A stretch of DNA of 64,000 nucleotides from Bifidobacterium breve (GTDB taxonomy: Bacteria; Actinomycetota; Actinomycetes; Nanopelagicales; Nanopelagicaceae), in contig CAMCCH010000001.1 in assembly GCA_945873335.1 (NCBI GenBank), positions 5,904 to 69,903 of the forward strand, read 5' to 3'. The notes under the pieces are model-generated. The model did not search any database. It was not told the origin of the DNA and saw only the letters and a program-made list of their open reading frames with translations. Shown here piece after piece: positions 29,401 through 37,058 of this stretch. Made by a program: the position numbers and the translations under genes. The first letter of the stretch is position 1, and the number at the start of each line of letters is the position of its first letter.

Positions 29401-29977
29401 CATCGCGCTCACACTTGTTGATTGCATTACGTCCGCCATTGACAGCAGCTTTTGCTTGCAATAAGTCTTGTGTTGTTTCGATGAGTAACGCATCCACACC
29501 ACCATCGATGAGTCCTTGTGACGCTAGCTCATAAGCATCTCGTAATTTTTCATATGTGGTGTGTCCAAGACTTGGTAATTTTGTACCGGGACCAAGCGAA
29601 CCTAAAACAAAACGTGGTTTCTCCGGCGTGGAAAATGAGTCAGCACATGCCCGAGCAATCTTTGCTCCCTCAAATGCCAATTCGTAAATGCGATCTTCAA
29701 TGGAATACTCGGCAAGGTTTGCCCAGTTCGCTCCAAAAGTATTTGTTTCGATTGCATCAACACCTACGCTCAAATACTGGTTATGAACGCTTGTGACAAT
29801 ATCCGGGCGGCTGACATTGAGAATCTCATTACAGCCTTCATGACCTTGAAAATCATCGAGTGTGGGATTGGCCTCTTGGAGCATTGTTCCCATGGCGCCA
29901 TCGGCGATAACCACTCGAGTTGAGAGGGCTCTGCGTAAAAGGCCAGGGGTCGTCGTAGACGATTTCAACTTACTCAC
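26468..29977 (-). CDS. metH: B12-dependent methionine synthase
   Basis: DGAMGT, GLNCATGP, GGCCGT, IGERTN, KGDVHDIGKN, GYPACP; start trimmed to GTG 29977. Confidence 0.95.
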   Translation of the reverse strand: MSKLKSSTTTPGLLRRALSTRVVIADGAMGTMLQEANPTLDDFQGHEGCNEILNVSRPDIVTSVHNQYLSVGVDAIETNTFGANWANLAEYSIEDRIYELAFEGAKIARACADSFSTPEKPRFVLGSLGPGTKLPSLGHTTYEKLRDAYELASQGLIDGGVDALLIETTQDLLQAKAAVNGGRNAINKCERDVVLIAQVTVETTGTMLLGSEIGAALNALEPLDIDLIGLNCATGPTEMSEHLRYLSKSAHCAISVMPNAGLPILGANGAHYPLNPTELAIALKGFVKDYGVSLIGGCCGTTPLHLKAVVDEIGGTTNSNRMTDIEPGASSLYQYVPFRQDKTYLAIGERTNANGSRAFRDALLAEDWQTCVEIARDQIRDGAHMLDLSVDYVGRNGVSDMSELASRFATASTLPIVLDSTEPAVLKAGLERLGGRSIINSVNFEDGDGPDSRFAKIMPLVVEHGAGVVALTIDEKGQARDCEWKLQVARRLINDLTQTWGMQTGDILIDCLTFPIATGQEETRRDGIETISAIKQLKSEFPQVQTTLGVSNVSFGLNPASRVVLNSVFLNECVNAGLDSAIVHPSKIMPMARIPERQKEVALDLIYDRRTFNGEECTYDPLTEFLQLFEGVELAATRNTRAAELAALPLEKRLERRIIDGEKVGLEDDLDAARAQGIAPLAIINDYLLEGMKVVGELFGKGEMQLPFVLQSAEVMKSAVALLEPHMEKTDEAGRGTMLLATVKGDVHDIGKNLVDIILTNNGYRVVNIGIKQTINQIIDAALESNVDAVGMSGLLVKSTVIMKENLEEITARGLDQKWPIVLGGAALTRAYVEQDLASVFPGEVRYARDAFEGLRLMDSIMAVKRGDEGAALPALRERKVANTRKISTDAEIDTRRSDVAIDVDIPHAPFFGSRVVKGIPLAQYSGMLDERALFVGQWGLKGNRGEYETMVEDEGRPRLRALINEAQSQGWLNAAVVYGYFPCVSDGNDLVILHHEGPDKGKERTRFKFPRQTRDRRLCISDFFAAKDSGKADVVAFHIVTMGASVSAASAKLFEANAYRDYLELHGLSVQLTEALAEHWHARIREELALNNFDSPDLQEILDQGYRGSRYSFGYPACPDLEQQVQLCELLEPGHIGVELSEEFQLHPEQSTSAIIVHHPEAKYFNAN

Positions 29978-30005
29978 TTGTCGAAGGTTACCGTAAGGTG
30001 TCGAT
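29978..30005. promoter_or_regulatory. Back-to-back leaderless promoters for metH and the PAC2 gene
   Basis: TAACCT (- strand, 29985-29990) 7 nt before the metH GTG; TAAGGT (+, 29994-29999) 6 nt before GTG 30006. Confidence 0.6.
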
Positions 30006-30869
30006 GTGGACATTCTTAAAATCCCCGCTCTTCGAACCCCGGTGATGGTGATCGCTTTCACTGGGTGGAATGATGCCGGAGAAGCCGCTTCAGGAGCATT
30101 AGCTCATCTCCTTGGTGCTTGGAGAGAAGATGAAACTTCGATTCTTCCAGAACTCATCGCTGATATAGATCCTGAAGAGTTCTATGACTTTCAAGTAAAT
30201 CGTCCAATAATTGATTTAGATGAATCTCAAATCCGTTCAATCACATGGCCTACAACGCGAGTCTTTGGAATTGCGACTCCCCATCTACCAAATGATTTCG
30301 TGATCGTTCAAGGTGCAGAGCCGTCAATGCGATGGAAATATTTCACTCGAGAGATTCTAGATCTCGCAGATGATCTAGATGTTTCTTTAGTGATTACTCT
30401 CGGCTCCCTCCTAGCAGATGCTCCTCATTCACGCTCTATTAGTGTGACTGGCACTGGAGGCCATCCTGATTTAGCACAGAGATTAGGTGTTGAGACATCA
30501 CGTTATGAAGGTCCAACTGGAATATTGGGAATTATTCAAGATAATTGTTTCAAACGCGGTATTGATGCAATCTCGTTATGGGCTGCAGTACCACACTATG
30601 CATCGCAATCTCCTTCACCTAAAGCATCCCTAGCGCTGATCAATGCACTAGAAGATTTCTTAGAAATCGATTTACCACTAGGTGAATTACCAGTTGAATC
30701 CACGCAATGGGAGGCAGCTGTTGATTCGATGGCAAAAGAAGATAGTGATATCGCCGAATATATAAAATCTCTGGAAGAAAGTAAGGATGCAACGGAAATT
30801 CCTGAAGCATCAGGTGAGAGCATCGCTAAAGAATTCGAAAGATATTTACGCAGGCGCAGCCAAGACTAA
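30006..30869 (+). CDS. PAC2 (proteasome assembly chaperone) family protein
   Basis: AF.GWNDAG.AA, DPEEFYDFQV.RP, EP..RW, LGSLLAD.PH, YEGPTGI, WAAVPHY. Confidence 0.85.
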   Translation: MDILKIPALRTPVMVIAFTGWNDAGEAASGALAHLLGAWREDETSILPELIADIDPEEFYDFQVNRPIIDLDESQIRSITWPTTRVFGIATPHLPNDFVIVQGAEPSMRWKYFTREILDLADDLDVSLVITLGSLLADAPHSRSISVTGTGGHPDLAQRLGVETSRYEGPTGILGIIQDNCFKRGIDAISLWAAVPHYASQSPSPKASLALINALEDFLEIDLPLGELPVESTQWEAAVDSMAKEDSDIAEYIKSLEESKDATEIPEASGESIAKEFERYLRRRSQD

Positions 30870-32107
30870 ATAGCTATACCCAAAAGTGCATCGATAGCTC
30901 TTGAGAGTTCTCCTGCTTCTCCCCCAATGCTTCCTTCCAAAGTCTGATTACTCCAAGTTGAAATCGCACTGAGTGCTAAAGATGTATCCAAATTGTTTGA
31001 GAGCGCATTGATTATTTCGACAATCACCGGCTTTGTTGGAGCTACTTCTTCTCGCGAAAGTGCAATCGTAAGCTTTTCAAGTAGTACAACGGCATCATCG
31101 AGTAATGATTGTGTCCACATGCGATCTGCTGAATAGTGGTGCGCGATGAGTGCTAAGCGAATGGCCATTGGACTAATTCCTTCGTTGACCATCTTTGAAA
31201 CAAAAAGTAAATTTCCTTTACTCTTGCTCATCTTTTCGCCATCGAGACCAATCATTCCTGAATGAACGTAGGAACGCGCAAATTCTTTGCCCGTAATTAC
31301 CGCGGATTGAGCTGCGCTCATTTCGTGATGAGGGAAAATCAAATCACTTCCTCCGCCTTGAATATCAATTGAGAATTGCGCATCCGCATCATCGTTCAAA
31401 TAATGCATAGCGATTGCGCTGCATTCAATATGCCAACCAGGACGCCCTTTGCCGAAAGGTGATTCCCATCCCGGTTCGCCATCACGTTGATGCAGCCAGA
31501 GAAGTGCATCAAGTGCATTGCGCTTTCCCTCTCTGGATGGGTCTCCCCCTCGCTGCGCGAATATTTCTAACATCTCTTCTCTGCTGAGGTGTGATCTTTT
31601 TCCAAAATTGGTATCACTGTGAACATCGAAGTAGAGATCTGATCTAACCGAATAAGTGGGAGCGGAATCGCGGATCTTTGAAATTGAATCAATGATGATT
31701 GGAATAGCCTCGACTACACCGATGTAATCTTTAGGAGGAATGATGTGTAAATCAACCATGTCACCTCGGAATAGTTCTATCTGGCTTGTTGCCAGATCGC
31801 TCCAATCGACATTGTCGCGCTTAGCGCGCTCAAAGAGCGGGTCATCAATATCAGTAATGTTTTGAACAAAGTCAACGCCAGCACCACTAGCGCGAAGGAA
31901 TCGATTGATGAGATCAAAGGTTATATACGTTGCTGCATGACCTAAGTGGGTTGCGTCGTAGGGAGTAATGCCACAGACATACATTTGATAGAGATTCTTG
32001 CGAGGTAATTCTTCAATTGATTGGCTAGCGGTGTTGTAGAGCCGTAATTGCGGAAAATCAAATGAACTCTCGATGGGAGGGATATAGACCTGCGGCCACG
32101 ATTTCAT
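30866..32107 (-). CDS. mshC: Cys:GlcN-Ins ligase (mycothiol biosynthesis)
   Basis: YVCGITPYDATHLGH, QNITDIDDPL, GRPGWHIECS, KMSKS; short form lacking an anticodon-binding domain. Confidence 0.93.
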   Translation of the reverse strand: MKSWPQVYIPPIESSFDFPQLRLYNTASQSIEELPRKNLYQMYVCGITPYDATHLGHAATYITFDLINRFLRASGAGVDFVQNITDIDDPLFERAKRDNVDWSDLATSQIELFRGDMVDLHIIPPKDYIGVVEAIPIIIDSISKIRDSAPTYSVRSDLYFDVHSDTNFGKRSHLSREEMLEIFAQRGGDPSREGKRNALDALLWLHQRDGEPGWESPFGKGRPGWHIECSAIAMHYLNDDADAQFSIDIQGGGSDLIFPHHEMSAAQSAVITGKEFARSYVHSGMIGLDGEKMSKSKGNLLFVSKMVNEGISPMAIRLALIAHHYSADRMWTQSLLDDAVVLLEKLTIALSREEVAPTKPVIVEIINALSNNLDTSLALSAISTWSNQTLEGSIGGEAGELSRAIDALLGIAI

Positions 32108-32129
32108 TTAGAAATAGTATTGCATTGGA

Positions 32130-32837
32130 CTAGAAGGCGGGCCAAGGAATACTTGGCCAATCAGGATTAGGTAAAGGAAAAGTTCCATTTTCTAGAAGAT
32201 CTTGTATTCGAATCTTCAAAGCAATGAGTTCGTCCTTAGTTAGATACTCATTCAAAGACTCTTCTATGTGCGCGAAATCCGAAATCGCCTTACGGAGTAT
32301 CTCTATCTCTGTTTCCAATAATGGCTCTCCAGCCCATTGCCACAAGACCGTACGCAATTTGTATTCACTATGGAATGTAACTCCATGATCGCAGCCGAAT
32401 AGACGACCAGATTTATCCGGCAAAAGGTGACCTATTTTGCGATCTGTGTTGTTGATGATTGCATCAAAGAGTGCCATCGTTCGAAGTTGGGGATCGTCTT
32501 GTGAGAAATATTGAGCAAGATCAATCTCTTCATCGATATCAATCCAGAGTTGGACCATTCCTATTCCAAAAGGACCATCTCGCAGAACTGTTGGAGGAAC
32601 GATGTGCAACGCTAAAAGTTCACTAATCAAAAACGCTGCGTACTCCCTGTGAGCGAGTTGGCCATCAGGGAAATCCCATAATGGTCTCTCCCCCGCTATA
32701 GGTTTGTAGATGCATTCTCCTTGAACGTTTTCGTTCTCAATGGAGGCGAATAGCGTTGCATTAGATGCGTCAACTAATCGTCCAGTTACAGTGATGACTC
32801 CTGTCTTGAGGAGTTCTAAATTAGCGTCGGTAACCAT
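32130..32837 (-). CDS. SCO1664-family kinase-like protein
   Basis: ASNAT, YKP..GERPLWDFPDG.LA.RE, NN.DRK.GH, DHG, LRTVLW; start trimmed to ATG 32837. Confidence 0.85.
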   Translation of the reverse strand: MVTDANLELLKTGVITVTGRLVDASNATLFASIENENVQGECIYKPIAGERPLWDFPDGQLAHREYAAFLISELLALHIVPPTVLRDGPFGIGMVQLWIDIDEEIDLAQYFSQDDPQLRTMALFDAIINNTDRKIGHLLPDKSGRLFGCDHGVTFHSEYKLRTVLWQWAGEPLLETEIEILRKAISDFAHIEESLNEYLTKDELIALKIRIQDLLENGTFPLPNPDWPSIPWPAF

Positions 32838-33345
32838 TTGCCCTGGGACAGAGGTGACCTTGTGGATCAATTGGAATTTCACAGAAAGGGCATTGTGTTC
32901 GACCTGCATCTACAACCATCAATGATCGAGTCGCAAAAGCTGACGCCGCACCAGGAGTCAAATACACCTTCAGTAAATCTCCCTCTGCATCAACTTGTTC
33001 TGATTCATCTCCTACTGCTTCGCATTCAATACAGATCAAATTCTTTATTTCATCCCAGGAAAGTGAGATCACACCTACGCGAAACTCCTCGAAAATCGGT
33101 TGCTCGAGAGGCGCCTCGTCGCGGTTCGTAGGGATGAGGGCTATAGAAGGGTTAGTTCGTCGCAGATCTCTAATGAGCATATCCACTCGTTGCGCTAGCG
33201 CAGCAACTTGAGCTTTCTCAAGTGAAACTGAAGTGATTCGGCTTCCCGTACGCGCTTGAAGAAAAAAAGTTCGCTCTCCCGGTTGCCCAACAGTTCCTGC
33301 AACAAAGCGTTCAACTGGATCGTAGATATGCGTTACGCGACTCAT
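32821..33345 (-). CDS. DUF3090-family protein
   Basis: RFVAGTVGQPGERTFFLQA, LEKAQV, C.FC..PIDP.GH.CPR.NG. Confidence 0.85.
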   Translation of the reverse strand: MSRVTHIYDPVERFVAGTVGQPGERTFFLQARTGSRITSVSLEKAQVAALAQRVDMLIRDLRRTNPSIALIPTNRDEAPLEQPIFEEFRVGVISLSWDEIKNLICIECEAVGDESEQVDAEGDLLKVYLTPGAASAFATRSLMVVDAGRTQCPFCEIPIDPQGHLCPRANGYRR

Positions 33346-34028
33346 TTACTCATTTTCTTTATCGATGGACCACTTCCGCCACCAACTAAAAGTCGCTTCT
33401 TTGTCGATGTTCTGCCCATATCCTCAATCTTCGTATGTGAATCATTGAGTAGAAGTAATCGAGGTGTCTTGGAAGAAAAGTCGAAGACTGTTATCGAGGC
33501 AGGATCAATAATAATGCGTTGAAAATCATCGAGTCGCATTCCCAAATTTGCCGCAACTAGCGCCTTTATAACATCGCCATGGCTAACCATTACAACAGCG
33601 CCTGTACCAGTTGACGAGAGCCCCGAATGCATCGATTCGATCGCTCTGGCTTGCATATTGGCCATACCTTCACCATCAGGAAAGAAAACTCGACTCGGAC
33701 TCTCTTGAACAATCTTCCAAAGTTTTTCGCGTGAAAGAGAACGCAGCGTCCGACCACTCCATGTTCCGTAGTCAACTTCGGTAATTCCATGATCTTCGAC
33801 TCTTCGTATCCGTGATTTCGTTGATATCCACGGTTCAATTGTTTCGGAGCAACGTTGCAAAGGACTAATACGTATTTCTTTGACTTTTAATTGTCCTAAT
33901 CGATTGGCCAATTCTTGGGCTTGCGTGCGACCCTTTTCACTCAAGGCAATATTGGGGCGACGCCCAGAAAGAATTCCAGCAGCATTCGCTTGCGAATGTG
34001 CATGACGAATGAAAACAACTAAGGACAC
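33342..34028 (-). CDS. Histidine phosphatase (MSMEG_4193-like phosphomutase)
   Basis: IRHA, SPLQRC.ET, EVDYG.W, SHGDVIK; mshC neighbourhood. Confidence 0.85.
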   Translation of the reverse strand: MSLVVFIRHAHSQANAAGILSGRRPNIALSEKGRTQAQELANRLGQLKVKEIRISPLQRCSETIEPWISTKSRIRRVEDHGITEVDYGTWSGRTLRSLSREKLWKIVQESPSRVFFPDGEGMANMQARAIESMHSGLSSTGTGAVVMVSHGDVIKALVAANLGMRLDDFQRIIIDPASITVFDFSSKTPRLLLLNDSHTKIEDMGRTSTKKRLLVGGGSGPSIKKMSK

Positions 34029-34078
34029 AGAGCAAGGCTATCGCAACGTTGCAGACTCAGTATTGCTAAGGTCGCCAC

Positions 34079-35026
34079 ATGGAATTGCGACGTGCTGGAC
34101 GGACAGGACTAGATATTTCACGTCTTGGCCTCGGCACAATGACGTGGGGCCGAGATACCGATGAACATGAAGCTGCGGATCAATGTCGAGCCTATATAGA
34201 GGCGGGTGGCAATTTTATCGATACGGCTGCTACCTATGGTGATGGAGATAGTGAACGCGTCATTGGTGGGCTAATTGGAACTCTTTTCAATCGTGAACAA
34301 GTTGTACTAGCGACTAAAGCGGGAATTTCATTTGTTGATGGTGAGCGAAAAGTAGACGCATCTCGTCACGGCCTGATTTCGCAATTAGAAAAATCTCTCA
34401 TTCGCTTGGGTACTGATTATGTGGATCTCTGGCAAATACATTCGTGGGATTCAAATATTCCTTTGGAAGATACTCTTTCTGCTCTGGATTTTGCTTACAC
34501 ATCAGGCAAAGCTCGTTATGTTGGAATTTCAAATTACTCCGGATGGCAAAGTGCGAGAGCAATAACTCTCCAAGAATCACATTCGATGAAAGCGCCGATT
34601 GCGACATTGCAGAACGAATACTCACTGCTCAATCGAAGCGTTGAAGAGGAAGTGTTGGAGAGCGCTTCACAACTCGGGGTTGGATTTCTAGCGTGGTCTC
34701 CTCTCGGTCGCGGCGTCTTATCGGGTAAATATCGAAATGGAACACCAAGTGATTCTCGAGGGGCATCTCCGCACTTTGCCCACTTTATAGATCCATATTT
34801 AGATGAACGATCCTCACGCATCGTTGATGCAGTCTGTGTAGCAGCGCAGGGACTTGGCTATTCACCTTTGGAAGTTGCGCTTTCGTGGGTTCGAGATGCA
34901 CCTGGTGTCACTAGTGCAATCATCGGCGCACGAACTGGCGCACAATTACGAGGAGCGCTAACAACTGAGCAAATTACATTGCCCGATATTGTTAGAGAAG
35001 CACTCAACGATATATCAGCGTTCTAG
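34079..35026 (+). CDS. Aldo/keto reductase
   Basis: LGLGTMTWG, IDTA..YG.G.SE, ATK, GKARYVGISN, WSPLG.G.L.GKY. Confidence 0.92.
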   Translation: MELRRAGRTGLDISRLGLGTMTWGRDTDEHEAADQCRAYIEAGGNFIDTAATYGDGDSERVIGGLIGTLFNREQVVLATKAGISFVDGERKVDASRHGLISQLEKSLIRLGTDYVDLWQIHSWDSNIPLEDTLSALDFAYTSGKARYVGISNYSGWQSARAITLQESHSMKAPIATLQNEYSLLNRSVEEEVLESASQLGVGFLAWSPLGRGVLSGKYRNGTPSDSRGASPHFAHFIDPYLDERSSRIVDAVCVAAQGLGYSPLEVALSWVRDAPGVTSAIIGARTGAQLRGALTTEQITLPDIVREALNDISAF

Positions 35027-36345
35027 CAATTCTCCAAGAAGTGCGAAAGAACCCGAACTCCAAAGTGCAGGCCTTCAATCTCTACTCTCTCATCTACGCC
35101 ATGGAATAAAGCCATAAAATCTAAATCAGGTGAAAGCTTGAGTGGCGAGAATCCGTAACCCACAATTCCTAATTCTGAAAGTGCTTTGTTATCGGTTCCC
35201 CCGCTCATCAAATACGGCACTGGCAATCCTTCGGGATCTTCACTCACTAGTGCTGCGCACATTGCATCAACAAGTGGTCCTGAAAAATCACTTTCTAATG
35301 CGATGTCGCGCGTAATTGTCTCCACTTCTATATCTGGACCAACTAGCTCGCGAATAGTTGCGTTGAGTTCATTTTCAAACCCCGGAATAAATCGACCATC
35401 AACGACAGCAGTAGCTGTTTGCGGGATTACATTTGCTTTGTAACCAGCTTGAAGCATTGAGGGATTAGCTGTGTTTTGAAGTGTTGCTCCAATCATGCGA
35501 GCAGTGCTTCCGAGTTCGGTAAGCAAAGGGCGCAAATCTGATTCGTTGTAAGGCTTGCCAGCAACCTTCGCCACTCGGCTAAATAGTTCTTTCACAGTCT
35601 TTGAATAGCGTTGTGGCCATTCAAAGTTTCCAATTTTTGCCACAGCCTCTGACAAACGTGTGAGCGCATTTTCAGGATTTATCATCGAGCCGTGACCTGC
35701 GCGCCCAGATGCGGTCAGGCGCATCCAATGAATTCCTTTTTCTGCTGTCTCCACAAAGTAAAGACGTTTGTTATCGCCCACGGTTACCGAGAATCCACCT
35801 ACTTCTGAAATAGCTTCTGAACATCCCGCAAAAACTTCAGGGTGCTTCGCAACCATCCATCGCGAACCAAAGAGACTTCCCGCCTCTTCGTCAGCAAAGA
35901 AGGCCAAAACAATTCTGCGTGGTGGAACATATCCACGACGTGCCCATGAGCGCACAGTCGCCAACATCATTGCATCCATATTTTTCATATCGACAGCGCC
36001 GCGACCCCAGATCATTCCATCTTTGATAACAGCAGCGAATGGATCTACAGACCAATCTTCTGCATTTGCAGGAACAACATCGAGGTGACCGTGTAGAACA
36101 AGGGCCGGCCTCGAATCATCAACACCCTTAATATTTGCGATTACGTTGCATCGCCCCGGAGCCGACTCATAAATCTTTGATTCAATACCAACTTCAGCTA
36201 AAGATGCGACAACGTAATTAGCAATATCTTTTTCATCGCCCTTACCATCGCCAAAATTGACGCTAGGAAATCGAATCAATTCTTGGCAAATGCGAACTGT
36301 TTCTTCTTGAAGTTCTTCGCGCTCTTGTTGGCTCATCATCTGCAT
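35023..36345 (-). CDS. M20/M25/M40-family metallopeptidase
   Basis: HGHLDVVPA, GRGAVDMK, ADEEAG, GGTD, HGVDER; exact start uncertain (36336-36345). Confidence 0.9.
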   Translation of the reverse strand: MQMMSQQEREELQEETVRICQELIRFPSVNFGDGKGDEKDIANYVVASLAEVGIESKIYESAPGRCNVIANIKGVDDSRPALVLHGHLDVVPANAEDWSVDPFAAVIKDGMIWGRGAVDMKNMDAMMLATVRSWARRGYVPPRRIVLAFFADEEAGSLFGSRWMVAKHPEVFAGCSEAISEVGGFSVTVGDNKRLYFVETAEKGIHWMRLTASGRAGHGSMINPENALTRLSEAVAKIGNFEWPQRYSKTVKELFSRVAKVAGKPYNESDLRPLLTELGSTARMIGATLQNTANPSMLQAGYKANVIPQTATAVVDGRFIPGFENELNATIRELVGPDIEVETITRDIALESDFSGPLVDAMCAALVSEDPEGLPVPYLMSGGTDNKALSELGIVGYGFSPLKLSPDLDFMALFHGVDERVEIEGLHFGVRVLSHFLENC

Positions 36346-36411
36346 ATTCTCTCGCTTTCCTCCCCTCTTTTGCACCTAACGCGCTCTCGTTGCTATCGTT
36401 AGCCCGCACTC

Positions 36412-36495
36412 GTCCGGGTGGCGGAATTGGCAGACGCGCTAGCTTGAGGTGCTAGTTCTCGCAAGGGATTCGGGGTTCAAGTCCCAGTTCGGACA
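36412..36495 (+). tRNA. tRNA-Leu(GAG), CCA not encoded
   Basis: Acceptor GTCCGGG/TTCGGAC, D-arm GCGGAATTGGCAGACGC, anticodon stem CTAGC-TTGAGGT-GCTAG, long variable arm, GGTTCAAGTCC T-loop. Confidence 0.93.
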
Positions 36496-36529
36496 CAAGA
36501 ATTCTTGAGAAAGTTACGGCGGTTGCTTC

Positions 36530-37057
36530 GTGAATGTTGAGAAGGCGCTAGATCTAATCCGCACTATTCCTGACTATCCAAAACCAGGTGTAATTTTCAA
36601 AGATATAACTCCCCTACTCGCAAACGGCAATGCTCTTCATGCAATCACAGATGCTTTATCGGCTTTCGCGACCCCTTCGGCATGTATCGCAGGGATAGAG
36701 GCTCGAGGATTCATCTTCGCGTCAACGGTTGCGGCGAACTTGCATCGAGGCTTTATCCCTATTCGCAAAAGTGGAAAACTTCCTTTTACTACTCATAAGA
36801 AAAGCTATGCACTTGAATATGGCGAAGCATCAATTGAGATTCATATAGATGCGATAGCACCTGGCCAAGAAGTTCTCCTTATAGATGATGTTCTTGCCAC
36901 AGGCGGAACGATGTGTGCAGCTATCGAACTTATTGCACAGTGTGGTGGGGTTGTCACCGGTATTGCTACAGTTATAGAGATACCAATTCTTGAGGGACGC
37001 AATCGCATCTCCTCTCTCTATCCATCAATACCAATACATGCATTGATGATTTCCTGA
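36530..37057 (+). CDS. apt: Adenine phosphoribosyltransferase
   Basis: IPDYPKPGV.FKDITP, EARGF, RKSGKLP, YALEYG, IDDVLATGGT. Confidence 0.95.
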   Translation: MNVEKALDLIRTIPDYPKPGVIFKDITPLLANGNALHAITDALSAFATPSACIAGIEARGFIFASTVAANLHRGFIPIRKSGKLPFTTHKKSYALEYGEASIEIHIDAIAPGQEVLLIDDVLATGGTMCAAIELIAQCGGVVTGIATVIEIPILEGRNRISSLYPSIPIHALMIS

Positions 37058-37058
37058 A

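Noticed and set aside
34043-34052. Palindrome GCAACGTTGC in a divergent promoter gap
   Set aside because: A 10-bp palindrome is expected by chance many times in 64 kb, and I noticed no second copy.
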